NCBI GenBank assembly: GCA_964474295.1
Contig: CAYYRN010000004.1
Span: 641 to 64,640 of the forward strand
Direction of reading: 5' to 3'
Length of the DNA: 64,000 nt
Source: an uncultured Eubacteriales bacterium
Lineage (GTDB): Bacteria > Bacillota > Clostridia > Oscillospirales > Acutalibacteraceae
The notes beneath the pieces were generated by a model that had not been told where the DNA came from, made no database searches, and was given only the letters and a program-made list of their open reading frames with translations. Position 1 is the stretch's first letter. Each line of letters begins with the position of its first letter. Both the position numbers and the translations under genes were made by a program. Below, piece by piece: positions 16,576 through 25,379 of this stretch.

Positions 16576-16644
16576 TAAACGGATACCCGTTTATAAATAA
16601 GTCCCTAACTCGGACTAAATACTTAATCAAGAGAGGTTATTAAA

Positions 16645-16926
16645 ATGTACGAAGACAAAACACTCATCTGTAAGGAATGTGGAAATGAGTTCATATTCTC
16701 GGCAGGTGAGCAGGAATTCTATGCCGAGAAAGGTTTTGAAAACGAACCTTTCCGCTGCAAGGAATGTCGTGCCGCACGCAAACGTGCAAGAAATCCCGAG
16801 CGTGAGCTTTTTGATGCAACATGTGCTTCATGCGGAGGTGCTGCTAAGGTTCCTTTCCAGCCTAAAGACGGACGCCCTGTTTATTGCAGTGAGTGTTTCG
16901 CAAAGATGAAGGAAGAAGAAGCATAA
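16645..16926 (+). CDS. small zinc-ribbon protein (two CxxC...CxxC units, zf-trcl-like)
   Basis: 93 aa: CKECGNEFIFSAGEQEFYAEKGF..PFRCKECR and CASCGG...VYCSECF. It has its own RBS and a strong terminator. Confidence 0.6.
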   Translation: MYEDKTLICKECGNEFIFSAGEQEFYAEKGFENEPFRCKECRAARKRARNPERELFDATCASCGGAAKVPFQPKDGRPVYCSECFAKMKEEEA

Positions 16927-16948
16927 GTTTTAATTTCCTGAAAATCTG

Positions 16949-16989
16949 ACAACTGCCTTGTGAAATTCGCCGGGCAGTTGTTTTTTTTC
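16949..16989 (+). terminator. Rho-independent terminator after the Zn-ribbon gene
   Basis: 9-bp stem ACAACTGCC / GGCAGTTGT, followed by eight T. Confidence 0.85.
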
Positions 16990-17018
16990 TTGACCTGAAA
17001 AGTGTGAAGTGATATTAT
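16990..17018 (+). promoter_or_regulatory. promoter of the HAD hydrolase gene: TTGACC-17-TATTAT
   Basis: -35 at 16990-16995, -10 at 17013-17018. Confidence 0.45.
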
Positions 17019-17039
17019 AAACGTCGGAGGAATGGTTTT

Positions 17040-17648
17040 ATGATTAAAAATATTATTTTCGATATGGGCGGAGTATTGATTGACTACAATCCCGAAAAAA
17101 CACTTTATTCTTATTTCGACAAAGAAACTGCCGACATCCTTTTGAAAGAAATTTTCAGAAACGAAATATGGTCAAAAAGGGATAGAGGGGTAATTACTTC
17201 GGAAGAAATTATTTCACTAAAAAAAGACGTAATTCCGCAAAAGGCTTATGAAAAAGCGACGGAAATGATAAAAAACTTTTTTCCGTATATGCCTGCGTTT
17301 GAAAAAATGTATGATGTTGTAAAAAGCTTGAAAGAAAACGGCTATGGCATATATTTGCTTTCCAATGCGGGGTATGAGTTTTATTCCGAAAAGGATAATA
17401 TTCCCGCACTTTCGCTTTTTGACGGATTTATGATTTCGGCAGATTATCATATAATTAAGCCGGAAGCGGGTATTTATTCGGCATTGTTTGAAAAATTTTC
17501 CCTGAAGCCTGAGGAATGTTTTTTCATAGATGACGTTCGTGCAAACATAGACGGAGCCGAAAAAATGGGAATGTGCGGTCATTGTTACAGCCACGGCGAT
17601 GTCGAAATTTTGAAAAAATCACTCCGTGAAAACGGCATAAAAATTTGA
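17040..17648 (+). CDS. HAD-superfamily hydrolase (subfamily IA-like)
   Basis: Motif I IIFDMGGVLIDY, motif II LLSNAG, motif IV FIDDVRANIDGAEKMGM. Confidence 0.7.
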   Translation: MIKNIIFDMGGVLIDYNPEKTLYSYFDKETADILLKEIFRNEIWSKRDRGVITSEEIISLKKDVIPQKAYEKATEMIKNFFPYMPAFEKMYDVVKSLKENGYGIYLLSNAGYEFYSEKDNIPALSLFDGFMISADYHIIKPEAGIYSALFEKFSLKPEECFFIDDVRANIDGAEKMGMCGHCYSHGDVEILKKSLRENGIKI

Positions 17649-17658
17649 CAAAATTTTC

Positions 17659-17687
17659 TTGACGTAATTAAAATCAAGTGTTAAAAT
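17659..17687 (+). promoter_or_regulatory. candidate mfd promoter: TTGACG-17-TAAAAT
   Basis: -35 at 17659-17664, -10 at 17682-17687. Confidence 0.4.
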
Positions 17688-17701
17688 AACTGTGGTTTAA
17701 A

Positions 17702-17740
17702 CCGCAATACCCCTGTCAAAAAGGTATTGCGGATTTCGTT
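17702..17740 (+). terminator. 9-bp hairpin CCGCAATAC/GTATTGCGG with a weak T-tract, between the HAD gene and mfd (HAD terminator or mfd leader structure)
   Basis: Stem at 17702-17710 / 17724-17732, followed by ATTTCGTT. It lies downstream of the candidate mfd promoter, so its role is ambiguous. Confidence 0.4.
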
Positions 17741-17754
17741 GTTGGAGGTAAAAA

Positions 17755-20700
17755 ATGTCCTGTTTTTCAAAAATAATGCTTGAAAACGAAGAATACGCAA
17801 GGCTCAGACTTGCTCTTGAGAAAAATAGGGTGCCGATGGGTGCTTTGGGCTTGTCGCACGTCAATAAAGCACACGTTATTCACACGCTTTGCGAGGAGGG
17901 CAAAAAGTGTATTGCCGTAACGCCGGATGAAGCCTCCGCAAGACGTTTGACTGATGATCTGCTGTCACTCGGCAGCGCTGCACTTTTTTATCCGGCAAGA
18001 GATTTTGCTTTCGGTTCTTCCGAAAGCCAGTCGAGAGAATACGAACATATAAGAATAGGAACTCTTTCAAAAATGCTGCGTGGTGAGTATGATGTTGCCG
18101 TTTGCTGTGCCGAGGCTTTTTTACAGTATACAATGCCGCCGGAAGAAATGTCGGAGAGAACATTTAAGCTTGTAAGCGGTGAGGACTTTTCGCAGGAAAG
18201 TGTCATCTCGATTCTTGTCAAGGCAGGGTATGTCAGAAGTCCGCAGGTGGACGGTTCGGGACAGTTTGCCGTAAGGGGAGGAATACTCGATATTTTCCCA
18301 CCCGACAGGCAAAATCCCGTAAGAATAGAGTTTTGGGGCGATACGGTCGATTCGATTTCAATGTTTGATGCGGAAAGCCAGCGCAGAACCGACACTCTTG
18401 ACGAAATCGAAATAACACCGGCAACGGAAATAATTTTTGACAGCTTTCAAACGTTAAAAAGTAAGATAGAAGAATTTATACCCTCCGTCAAAGGCAAAGG
18501 CTCTCAAAAAGCGAAAGCGTCGCTTTATTCCGATGTCGAAAAGCTCTCAAACGAGGTCAGAGTTTCGTCTCTCGACAGGTACTTGCCGCTTGCGTATTCT
18601 TACACAGCTTCAATCAGCGATTACTGCGATAAAAACACAGTTTTGTGTGTCTGCGAAAGTGCGGGGGTAAAGCAGCGTGCGGAAGCTGCATTGAAGCTTT
18701 TGAACGAGGAAATTTCCGCTTCTTTTGAAGAAGGTATACTTTGCAGAGGTCTTGACAAATTTTCGCTTTCGTGGTCGGAAACGTTGGGGATTTTTGGAAA
18801 AAGCAAAACGGTTTATCTTGACAATATGCCGAGGGGAAGCTTCGACACACCCGTAAAAGAGCTTATCAATTTTACGGCTTTGCAGCTTAATTTGTGGAAC
18901 GGTTCTCAAAGTGTGCTTATTGATGATATCGGCTCTTTCAAAAACAAAAAAGACAGAATTTGCGTTGTTATGGCGGGTACGGATAAAGCGGCAAAAGCAC
19001 TGTGCGAGGATTTGGAAAAAGAGGGCTTCAATTCGCTTTATTTTGACAAAATGCCAACGGAATTTCCAAAGGGATATGTAAGCGTTATCGAAGGTTCGCT
19101 TAGCGGCGGTATGGAATATCCGCATCAAAAGTTTCTTCTTATGTCTTACGGAAGAAGAACAGCCGCAAAACGACAGACAAAGCACAAAAGCTATAAGGCA
19201 TCGAACACGTTCCACAGCCTTGAGGAAATGCGTAAGGGCGATTATATCGTACATTCGATGCACGGTATCGGTATTTTTGAGGGCATTACACAGCTTGAAT
19301 CGAGCGGTGCGACAAAGGACTATATCAAAATCAGATATGATAAGGGCGACATTCTTTACATTCCCGTCACACAGCTTGACCAGGTGGCAAAATATATCGG
19401 GCCGAGAAGCGAAACCAACTCCGTAAAGCTCAACAAACTCGGCAGCGATAAATGGATTAAGACAAAAAACAGGGTTAAATCTGCCGTAAAGGATATGGCG
19501 GATGACCTTATAAAGCTTTATTCCAAGCGTCTTAACGTTAAAGGCTTTGCTTTTTCTCCCGATATCGATATGCAAAGCGATTTTGAAAGACGTTTTGAGT
19601 TTGACGAAACGGATGACCAGCTAAGATGTATTGACGAAATAAAAAACGATATGGAAAAGCCGTATCCTATGGACAGACTTCTTTGCGGTGACGTTGGCTT
19701 CGGCAAAACCGAGGTTGCCCTGCGAGGTGTTTTCAAATGCGTTGCGGACGGCAAGCAGTGCGCTATACTTGTGCCGACAACCATTTTGGCACTTCAGCAT
19801 TACCAAACAATACAAAAGCGTTTTGAGGGATTTCCCGTTGAGTGTGCAATGCTCTCACGCTTTTGCACCGCAAAACAGCAGGCGGACATTGTAAAGAATT
19901 TAAAAAGGGGAACAGTCGATATCGTTGTCGGAACCCATAAATTGCTTTCAAAGAAGCTTGAATTTAAGGATTTGGGACTTGTTATTGTCGATGAGGAACA
20001 GCGTTTCGGTGTTGCACAGAAAGAAAAGCTCAAAGAACGTTTTCCGAATGTTGATGTGCTGACGCTTTCGGCAACACCAATACCGAGAACGCTCAATATG
20101 GCAATGACGGGAATCAGGGATATGAGTATTATCGAGGAAGCTCCGCAGGACAGACATCCCGTGCAAACCTATGTCATCGAGCATAACACCGAGATTTTGG
20201 TTCAAGCTATGGAAAAAGAGCTGAGAAGGGGCGGTCAGGTTTACTACCTTTATAATAAGGTGGAAACAATTGACAAAAAAGCAGCCGAAATAAAGGCACT
20301 CCTGCCCGATGCACGCATTGCGGTAGGTCACGGAAAAATGACGGAGGAGGAGCTTTCCGATGTTTGGAAATCGCTCATTGAGGGCGAAACCGACATTTTG
20401 GTTTGCACGACAATAATCGAAACGGGCGTTGATGTGCCTAATGCAAATACGCTTATAATAGAAGATGCCGACAAAATGGGTTTGGCACAGCTTCACCAAA
20501 TAAGAGGCAGGGTGGGCAGAAGTGCCAGACGTGCAAGCGCATATTTTACGTTCACAAGAGGAAAACAGCTTTCGGAAATAGCGGACAGAAGACTTTCCGC
20601 AATAAGGGAATATACCGAATTCGGTTCCGGCTTTAAAATAGCAATGCGTGACCTTGAACTGCGAGGTGCGGGAAATGTCCTCGGCGCACAGCAGCACGGA

Positions 20701-21234
20701 CATATGGAGGCTGTGGGATACGATATGTATTTGAAGCTTCTTGCCGAAGCGGTGGGCGAAGAAAAGGGCGAGGAAGTTAAAGACACTTCAAAAGATTGTC
20801 TTATTGATTTGCATATTGATGCGAACATTCCGAAAAAATATATAGAGAATGTTCCGCACCGCCTTGCAATGTACAGAAGAATTGCCGACATACGCTCTCA
20901 GGAGGATGCGGATGATGTAATAGATGAGCTTATCGACCGATTCGGTGAACCGCCGCAGAGCGTTATGGGACTTATCGATATTGCATTGCTCAGAGCTGCG
21001 GCTGTGAAAAATTCCATTACCGAAATTTCACAGACGAAGGATAGGATATTGCTTTACAGCGATGTGCTTGATATGAAAAAAATTGCGGCACTTTCAAATG
21101 CCATGAAAGGCAGAATATCGGTGGCAACCTCTCCGAGACCTCATTTCAAGGTTAAAATTACGGAGGGACAGTCGCAGACGGAAGCGTTGAAGCAAACGAT
21201 GGCACTTATGCTGTTGGCAGACAAAAAAGAATAA
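17755..21234 (+). CDS. mfd: transcription-repair coupling factor Mfd
   Basis: 1159 aa. UvrB-homology N-terminus, CarD/RID block GDYIVHSMHGIGIF, SF2 helicase motifs GDVGFGKTEVA, VDEEQRFG and QLHQIRGRVGRS, plus a TRCF C-terminal domain. Confidence 0.95.
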   Translation: MSCFSKIMLENEEYARLRLALEKNRVPMGALGLSHVNKAHVIHTLCEEGKKCIAVTPDEASARRLTDDLLSLGSAALFYPARDFAFGSSESQSREYEHIRIGTLSKMLRGEYDVAVCCAEAFLQYTMPPEEMSERTFKLVSGEDFSQESVISILVKAGYVRSPQVDGSGQFAVRGGILDIFPPDRQNPVRIEFWGDTVDSISMFDAESQRRTDTLDEIEITPATEIIFDSFQTLKSKIEEFIPSVKGKGSQKAKASLYSDVEKLSNEVRVSSLDRYLPLAYSYTASISDYCDKNTVLCVCESAGVKQRAEAALKLLNEEISASFEEGILCRGLDKFSLSWSETLGIFGKSKTVYLDNMPRGSFDTPVKELINFTALQLNLWNGSQSVLIDDIGSFKNKKDRICVVMAGTDKAAKALCEDLEKEGFNSLYFDKMPTEFPKGYVSVIEGSLSGGMEYPHQKFLLMSYGRRTAAKRQTKHKSYKASNTFHSLEEMRKGDYIVHSMHGIGIFEGITQLESSGATKDYIKIRYDKGDILYIPVTQLDQVAKYIGPRSETNSVKLNKLGSDKWIKTKNRVKSAVKDMADDLIKLYSKRLNVKGFAFSPDIDMQSDFERRFEFDETDDQLRCIDEIKNDMEKPYPMDRLLCGDVGFGKTEVALRGVFKCVADGKQCAILVPTTILALQHYQTIQKRFEGFPVECAMLSRFCTAKQQADIVKNLKRGTVDIVVGTHKLLSKKLEFKDLGLVIVDEEQRFGVAQKEKLKERFPNVDVLTLSATPIPRTLNMAMTGIRDMSIIEEAPQDRHPVQTYVIEHNTEILVQAMEKELRRGGQVYYLYNKVETIDKKAAEIKALLPDARIAVGHGKMTEEELSDVWKSLIEGETDILVCTTIIETGVDVPNANTLIIEDADKMGLAQLHQIRGRVGRSARRASAYFTFTRGKQLSEIADRRLSAIREYTEFGSGFKIAMRDLELRGAGNVLGAQQHGHMEAVGYDMYLKLLAEAVGEEKGEEVKDTSKDCLIDLHIDANIPKKYIENVPHRLAMYRRIADIRSQEDADDVIDELIDRFGEPPQSVMGLIDIALLRAAAVKNSITEISQTKDRILLYSDVLDMKKIAALSNAMKGRISVATSPRPHFKVKITEGQSQTEALKQTMALMLLADKKE

Positions 21235-21241
21235 AAAACAC

Positions 21242-21270
21242 TTTACAAATGATAATGATTGTGTTATAAT
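21242..21270 (+). promoter_or_regulatory. rpsO promoter: TTTACA-17-(TGt)TATAAT
   Basis: -35 at 21242-21247, -10 at 21265-21270, with an extended TG. Confidence 0.6.
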
Positions 21271-21283
21271 ACATTAGCTTTAG

Positions 21284-21376
21284 TCCTTTTCTCGGAAAGA
21301 GGAGTAAACCCTTAGGGTATTTCACCTGCCTCTTGCTGGGATTTGTGACGGCAAAAAAATACTTAAATGAGGTGAA
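21284..21376 (+). promoter_or_regulatory. rpsO 5' leader with hairpin and anti-SD element (TTCACCT at 21321-21327 complementary to the SD AGGTGAA at 21370-21376); probable S15 autoregulatory leader
   Basis: The 7-nt perfect complementarity was seen directly. There is also a 7-bp hairpin at 21284-21303. Confidence 0.45.
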
Positions 21377-21381
21377 AAGTA

Positions 21382-21645
21382 ATGACAAATGAAGAAAAAA
21401 AGGCAATAATTGCCGAGTATGCAACTCACGAAGGTGACACAGGCTCTCCCGAGGTTCAGATTGCTATTCTCACAAAGAGAATCAATGACCTTAACGAGCA
21501 TTTCAAAGTGCATCACAAGGACCATCATTCAAGAAGAGGTCTTCTCAAGCTTGTAGGTCACAGAAGAAACCTTCTCGCATATCTTCAGAAGAACGATATT
21601 GAACGCTACCGTTCAATCATCGCAAGACTCGGAATCCGTAAATAA
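21382..21645 (+). CDS. rpsO: 30S ribosomal protein S15
   Basis: 87 aa: [51 protein letters not shown]. Confidence 0.95.
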   Translation: MTNEEKKAIIAEYATHEGDTGSPEVQIAILTKRINDLNEHFKVHHKDHHSRRGLLKLVGHRRNLLAYLQKNDIERYRSIIARLGIRK

Positions 21646-21657
21646 GTATTCCCAAGG

Positions 21658-21690
21658 GGCAGGCAAAGGTTTTGTATTTTGCCTGCCTTT
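21658..21690 (+). terminator. rpsO terminator or partial terminator
   Basis: 10-bp stem GGCAGGCAAA (21658-21667) / TTTGCCTGCC (21678-21687), followed by only TTT. This is compatible with read-through into pnp. Confidence 0.6.
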
Positions 21691-21706
21691 AGTCAGATTA
21701 TGACGG

Positions 21707-21787
21707 GCAGGCTTTTGCTTTTTTTAGCGGTAAATCGATGTTTTAAAAATTTTAAAATATGGATTTATTGCTAAAAAGGACGCCTGC
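21707..21787 (+). promoter_or_regulatory. long-range helix in the pnp leader
   Basis: GCAGGC (21707-21712) and TTTTTAGC (21721-21728) pair with GCTAAAAA (21770-21777) and GCCTGC (21782-21787), with an internal loop. Confidence 0.4.
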
Positions 21788-21825
21788 TTTCATATAAATT
21801 CAAAATTTGAAAGGATGTAAAAATT

Positions 21826-24003
21826 ATGTTTGAAGATTTCAAAAAATTTGAAACGGAAATCGCAGGCAGACCCTTCGTTGCGGAAGTCGGCAAAATGGCT
21901 CAGCTCGCAGGCGGTTCTGTTCTTGTACGCTACGGCGAAACCAACGTTCTTTGCACAGCCACCATGGCTGCAAAGCCCAGAGAGGGTGTGGATTTCTTCC
22001 CGCTTTCCGTTGACTTTGAAGAAAAGCTCTATTCAGTCGGCAAAATCCCCGGCTCTTTCCAGAGAAGAGAGGGCAAAGCAAGCGAAAAGGCTACTTTGGC
22101 TTCCCGTGTTATCGACAGACCTATCCGTCCTCTTTTCCCGAAGGATATGAGAAATGATGTCGGCGTTGTCGCAACCGTAATGTCCGTTGACCCCGATTGC
22201 TCGCCCGAAATCACAGCTATGCTCGGTGTTTCAATCGCACTTTCCATCTCCGAAATTCCGTGGGACGGCCCCATTGCAGGCTGTGTTGTCGGTCTTGTTG
22301 ACGGAAAATTCGTAATCAACCCCACAGCGGAGGAAAAAGAAAAATCCGAAATGTATGTAACCGTTGCTTCAACGGCTGACCTTGTTGCTATGATCGAAGC
22401 CGCAGGTAACGAAATTCCCAACGACACAATGTTCGACGGAATTATGTTTGCACATCAGGAAAATCAGAAGGTTGTTGAGTTTATCAACAAAATCAAAGCC
22501 GAGGTCGGCAAAGAAAAGGTTGATTTCCCCTCAAATGACCCCTCTGAGGAAATGTACAATGCAATCAAAGATTTTGCAATTGAAGACGTAAAAGCAGCAC
22601 TTGATACGGATGACAAGCGTGTTCGTGACGAAAGACTTAAACCCATTTACGATGCCGTTCACGAAAAGTTCGACGAAGTTTATCCCGAAGAAGCAGCTAA
22701 AATCGAAGATTGCCTTTACAAGCTTCAAAAATATATCGTAAGACGTTGGCTTCTTGACGAAGGCAAGCGTGTTGACGGCAGAGGAATTAACGAAATCAGA
22801 CCTCTTGCAGCGGAAATCGACCTCATTGACAGAGTTCACGGTTCCGGTATGTTCACAAGAGGACAGACACAGGTTCTTACAATAACAACGCTCGGCCCCG
22901 TAAGCGATGCCCAGCTTCTTGACGGCATTGACGGCGAGGACAGCAAGAGATATATGCACCACTACAATTTCCCCTCATATTCAGTCGGTGAAACAAAGCC
23001 CTCAAGAGGCCCCGGCAGACGTGAAATCGGACACGGCGCGCTTGCCGAAAAAGCACTCGTTCCCGTTATCCCCTCGGTTGAAGAATTCCCCTATGCTATA
23101 CGTCTTGTGTCGGAAGTTCTTTCTTCAAACGGTTCAACCTCGCAGGGTTCTATTTGCGGCTCAACACTTTCTCTTATGGCAGCAGGTGTTCCCATTAAAG
23201 CTCCCGTTGCGGGCATTTCCTGCGGCTTGGTCACAGAAGGTGACCGCTTTATGACAATGGTTGACATTCAGGGCCTTGAAGATTTCTTCGGTGATATGGA
23301 CTTTAAGGTTGCAGGTACTCACAAGGGTATCACCGCAATTCAGATGGATCTCAAGGTACACGGACTTACTCCCGAAATCATCAAGGAAGCACTTGAAAAA
23401 ACTTACAAAGCACGTCTTTATATCCTTGACGAAATTATGCTCAAGGCAATTGCAGAGCCGAGAAAAGAGCTTTCAAAATATGCTCCGAAGATGCTTTCGA
23501 CAAAAATTTCCGTTGACAAAATCGCAGAGGTTATCGGTAAGCAGGGCAAGGTTATCCAGAAAATCTGTGCAGAGTGTAACTGTAAGGTTGACGTTGAAGA
23601 AGACGGAACGGTATTCATCTGTGCTGTTGATATTGATGATGCAAAAAGAGCCCTTTCAATTGTCGAAACAATTGCAAACGATCCCGAAATCGGTGCTATT
23701 TACAAGGGTGTCGTAACAAGAATTATGGATTTCGGTGCATTTGTCGAAATCGCTCCCGGTAAAGAAGGTCTTGTTCACATAAGCCACCTTGATGTTAAGA
23801 GAACCGAAAAGGTTGAAGATGTGGTAAATGTCGGTGACGAGGTTATCGTAAAGGTTCGTGAAATCGACGAGCAGGGCAGACTTAACCTTTCTCGCCGTGA
23901 AGCACTTATCGAGGTTGAAGGCTTAGTTCCCGAAAACGAAATTTCCGATGCTCCCCGCCGTCCTAAAAAGGATTTCCGCAGGGATAACAAAAGAAGAAAC
24001 TGA
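21826..24003 (+). CDS. pnp: polyribonucleotide nucleotidyltransferase (PNPase)
   Basis: 725 aa with two RNase PH domains, KH and S1 domains (GAIYKGVVTRIMDFGAFVEI), and a basic C-terminal tail. Classic position downstream of rpsO. Confidence 0.95.
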   Translation: MFEDFKKFETEIAGRPFVAEVGKMAQLAGGSVLVRYGETNVLCTATMAAKPREGVDFFPLSVDFEEKLYSVGKIPGSFQRREGKASEKATLASRVIDRPIRPLFPKDMRNDVGVVATVMSVDPDCSPEITAMLGVSIALSISEIPWDGPIAGCVVGLVDGKFVINPTAEEKEKSEMYVTVASTADLVAMIEAAGNEIPNDTMFDGIMFAHQENQKVVEFINKIKAEVGKEKVDFPSNDPSEEMYNAIKDFAIEDVKAALDTDDKRVRDERLKPIYDAVHEKFDEVYPEEAAKIEDCLYKLQKYIVRRWLLDEGKRVDGRGINEIRPLAAEIDLIDRVHGSGMFTRGQTQVLTITTLGPVSDAQLLDGIDGEDSKRYMHHYNFPSYSVGETKPSRGPGRREIGHGALAEKALVPVIPSVEEFPYAIRLVSEVLSSNGSTSQGSICGSTLSLMAAGVPIKAPVAGISCGLVTEGDRFMTMVDIQGLEDFFGDMDFKVAGTHKGITAIQMDLKVHGLTPEIIKEALEKTYKARLYILDEIMLKAIAEPRKELSKYAPKMLSTKISVDKIAEVIGKQGKVIQKICAECNCKVDVEEDGTVFICAVDIDDAKRALSIVETIANDPEIGAIYKGVVTRIMDFGAFVEIAPGKEGLVHISHLDVKRTEKVEDVVNVGDEVIVKVREIDEQGRLNLSRREALIEVEGLVPENEISDAPRRPKKDFRRDNKRRN

Positions 24004-24033
24004 TTGATGATACAATCAACCTAAAATAAATTT

Positions 24034-24080
24034 AAGGCTTCCGAAAAACATTTTTGCTTTTCGGGAGCCTTAATTGTTTA
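24034..24080 (+). terminator. Rho-independent terminator after pnp
   Basis: 14-bp stem AAGGCTTCCGAAAA / TTTTCGGGAGCCTT (one G-U pair), followed by AATTGTTT. Confidence 0.75.
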
Positions 24081-24105
24081 CAAAACCGACAATAGATGAT
24101 AAAAT
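24077..24105 (+). promoter_or_regulatory. promoter of the MFS-flavoprotein-proBA unit: TTTACA-17-TAAAAT
   Basis: -35 at 24077-24082, -10 at 24100-24105. Confidence 0.45.
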
Positions 24106-24139
24106 AAAAAGAATAACACAAAAAGTAAGGAAAGATTTT

Positions 24140-25324
24140 ATGGCAACACTTCTTTTAATAGCAATTTATATTTCGTATATAGGTCTCGGTATACCCGATT
24201 CTCTTTTGGGTGCGGCGTGGCCGGCAATTTATACGGAGTTCGGTTTGCCTGTTTCGGGTGCGGGGTATGTGACAATGCTCATTTCCGTTTGCACGGCAAT
24301 TTCAAGTCTTGTAAGCGCAAGGCTTGTCAACCGCTTTTCAACAAGGTCGATAACGGCGGCAAGTACCGCCCTGACCGCTGTTGCACTTTTGGGGATTTCA
24401 TTTTCTCCCAACATCTATTGGCTTTGCCTTTTCGCAATTCCGATGGGCTTCGGTGCAGGTGCGATAGATTCCACGCTTAACAACTATGTCGCACTCAATT
24501 ACAGTGCAACGCAAATGAATTTTCTGCACTGTTTTTACGGAATCGGTGTTTCGGTAAGCCCTTACCTTATGTCGCTTGCTTTACGTCAAAGCAATATGTG
24601 GCGAATGGGTTATCGTGTGGCATTTTACATACAGTTTGCGATTATGGTAATTACCTTTGTCACACTTCCCTTGTGGAATAAAGTTAAAGAAAACCGACCG
24701 GAGGAAGAAAATTTTACCCCCGTCACGCTTTCATACAAAGAAATGGTAAGGATGCCGTCGGTGGTTATGGTTTGGCTGTGCTTTATGACCTCTTGTGCAA
24801 TAGAAAGTCTTTGCACAACTTGGGGAAGCACGTTTCTCGTAAATTCAAAGGGAATGTCTGCCGATGTTGCGGCAGAGGTCGTGACCTTATACTATGTCGG
24901 ACTTACGCTCGGCAGATTTTGCTCCGGCTTGTTTGCGAAAAAGATAAAGCCGTGGGGACTTATCAAAATAGGTGAGGGAATAGTTCTTGTTTCGATAATT
25001 ATGCTGATGCTCCCTCTTCCGCCGAGTGTTGCAGGGGTATCGCTTTTCGTAACAGGCTTCGGAATAGGCCCCGTTTTCCCGAATTTTACGCACCTTACAC
25101 CGGTCAATTTCGGCAAAGAAATTTCACAGTCGATTATCGGCTCGCAAATGGCGCTTACATATGTCAGCATTATGCTGACACCCGTTATTTTCGGTGAAAT
25201 AGCGCGAAAATTCGGTACTGATGTTTTCCCGTATTTTGCACTTGTGATTTTTGTCTTGCTGGTAATTTCAACTTTGGGACTTATCGGTATACTGAAAAAA
25301 GAAAACAGGTATTGTGCCGATTGA
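24140..25324 (+). CDS. MFS transporter
   Basis: About 12 predicted hydrophobic spans, beginning LLLIAIYISYIGLGIPDSLLGAAWP. The ATG at 24140 with AAGGAAAG upstream is preferred to the track TTG at 24074, which would overlap the pnp terminator. Confidence 0.7.
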   Translation: MATLLLIAIYISYIGLGIPDSLLGAAWPAIYTEFGLPVSGAGYVTMLISVCTAISSLVSARLVNRFSTRSITAASTALTAVALLGISFSPNIYWLCLFAIPMGFGAGAIDSTLNNYVALNYSATQMNFLHCFYGIGVSVSPYLMSLALRQSNMWRMGYRVAFYIQFAIMVITFVTLPLWNKVKENRPEEENFTPVTLSYKEMVRMPSVVMVWLCFMTSCAIESLCTTWGSTFLVNSKGMSADVAAEVVTLYYVGLTLGRFCSGLFAKKIKPWGLIKIGEGIVLVSIIMLMLPLPPSVAGVSLFVTGFGIGPVFPNFTHLTPVNFGKEISQSIIGSQMALTYVSIMLTPVIFGEIARKFGTDVFPYFALVIFVLLVISTLGLIGILKKENRYCAD

Positions 25325-25379
25325 CTTTTAAAGAACTATGTTTTAAAATATTGTATTAAGAGCATAAGGAGGCGAAGAA

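Noticed and set aside
18610-19575. A 321-codon open frame antisense to mfd. Another of 251 codons lies at 19948-20703.
   Set aside because: Both lie entirely inside the well-supported mfd reading frame. They have no RBS or promoter and a low-complexity, Phe/Lys/Arg/Cys-rich composition with no motifs. Long stop-free antisense frames are a known by-product of codon bias in long genes.
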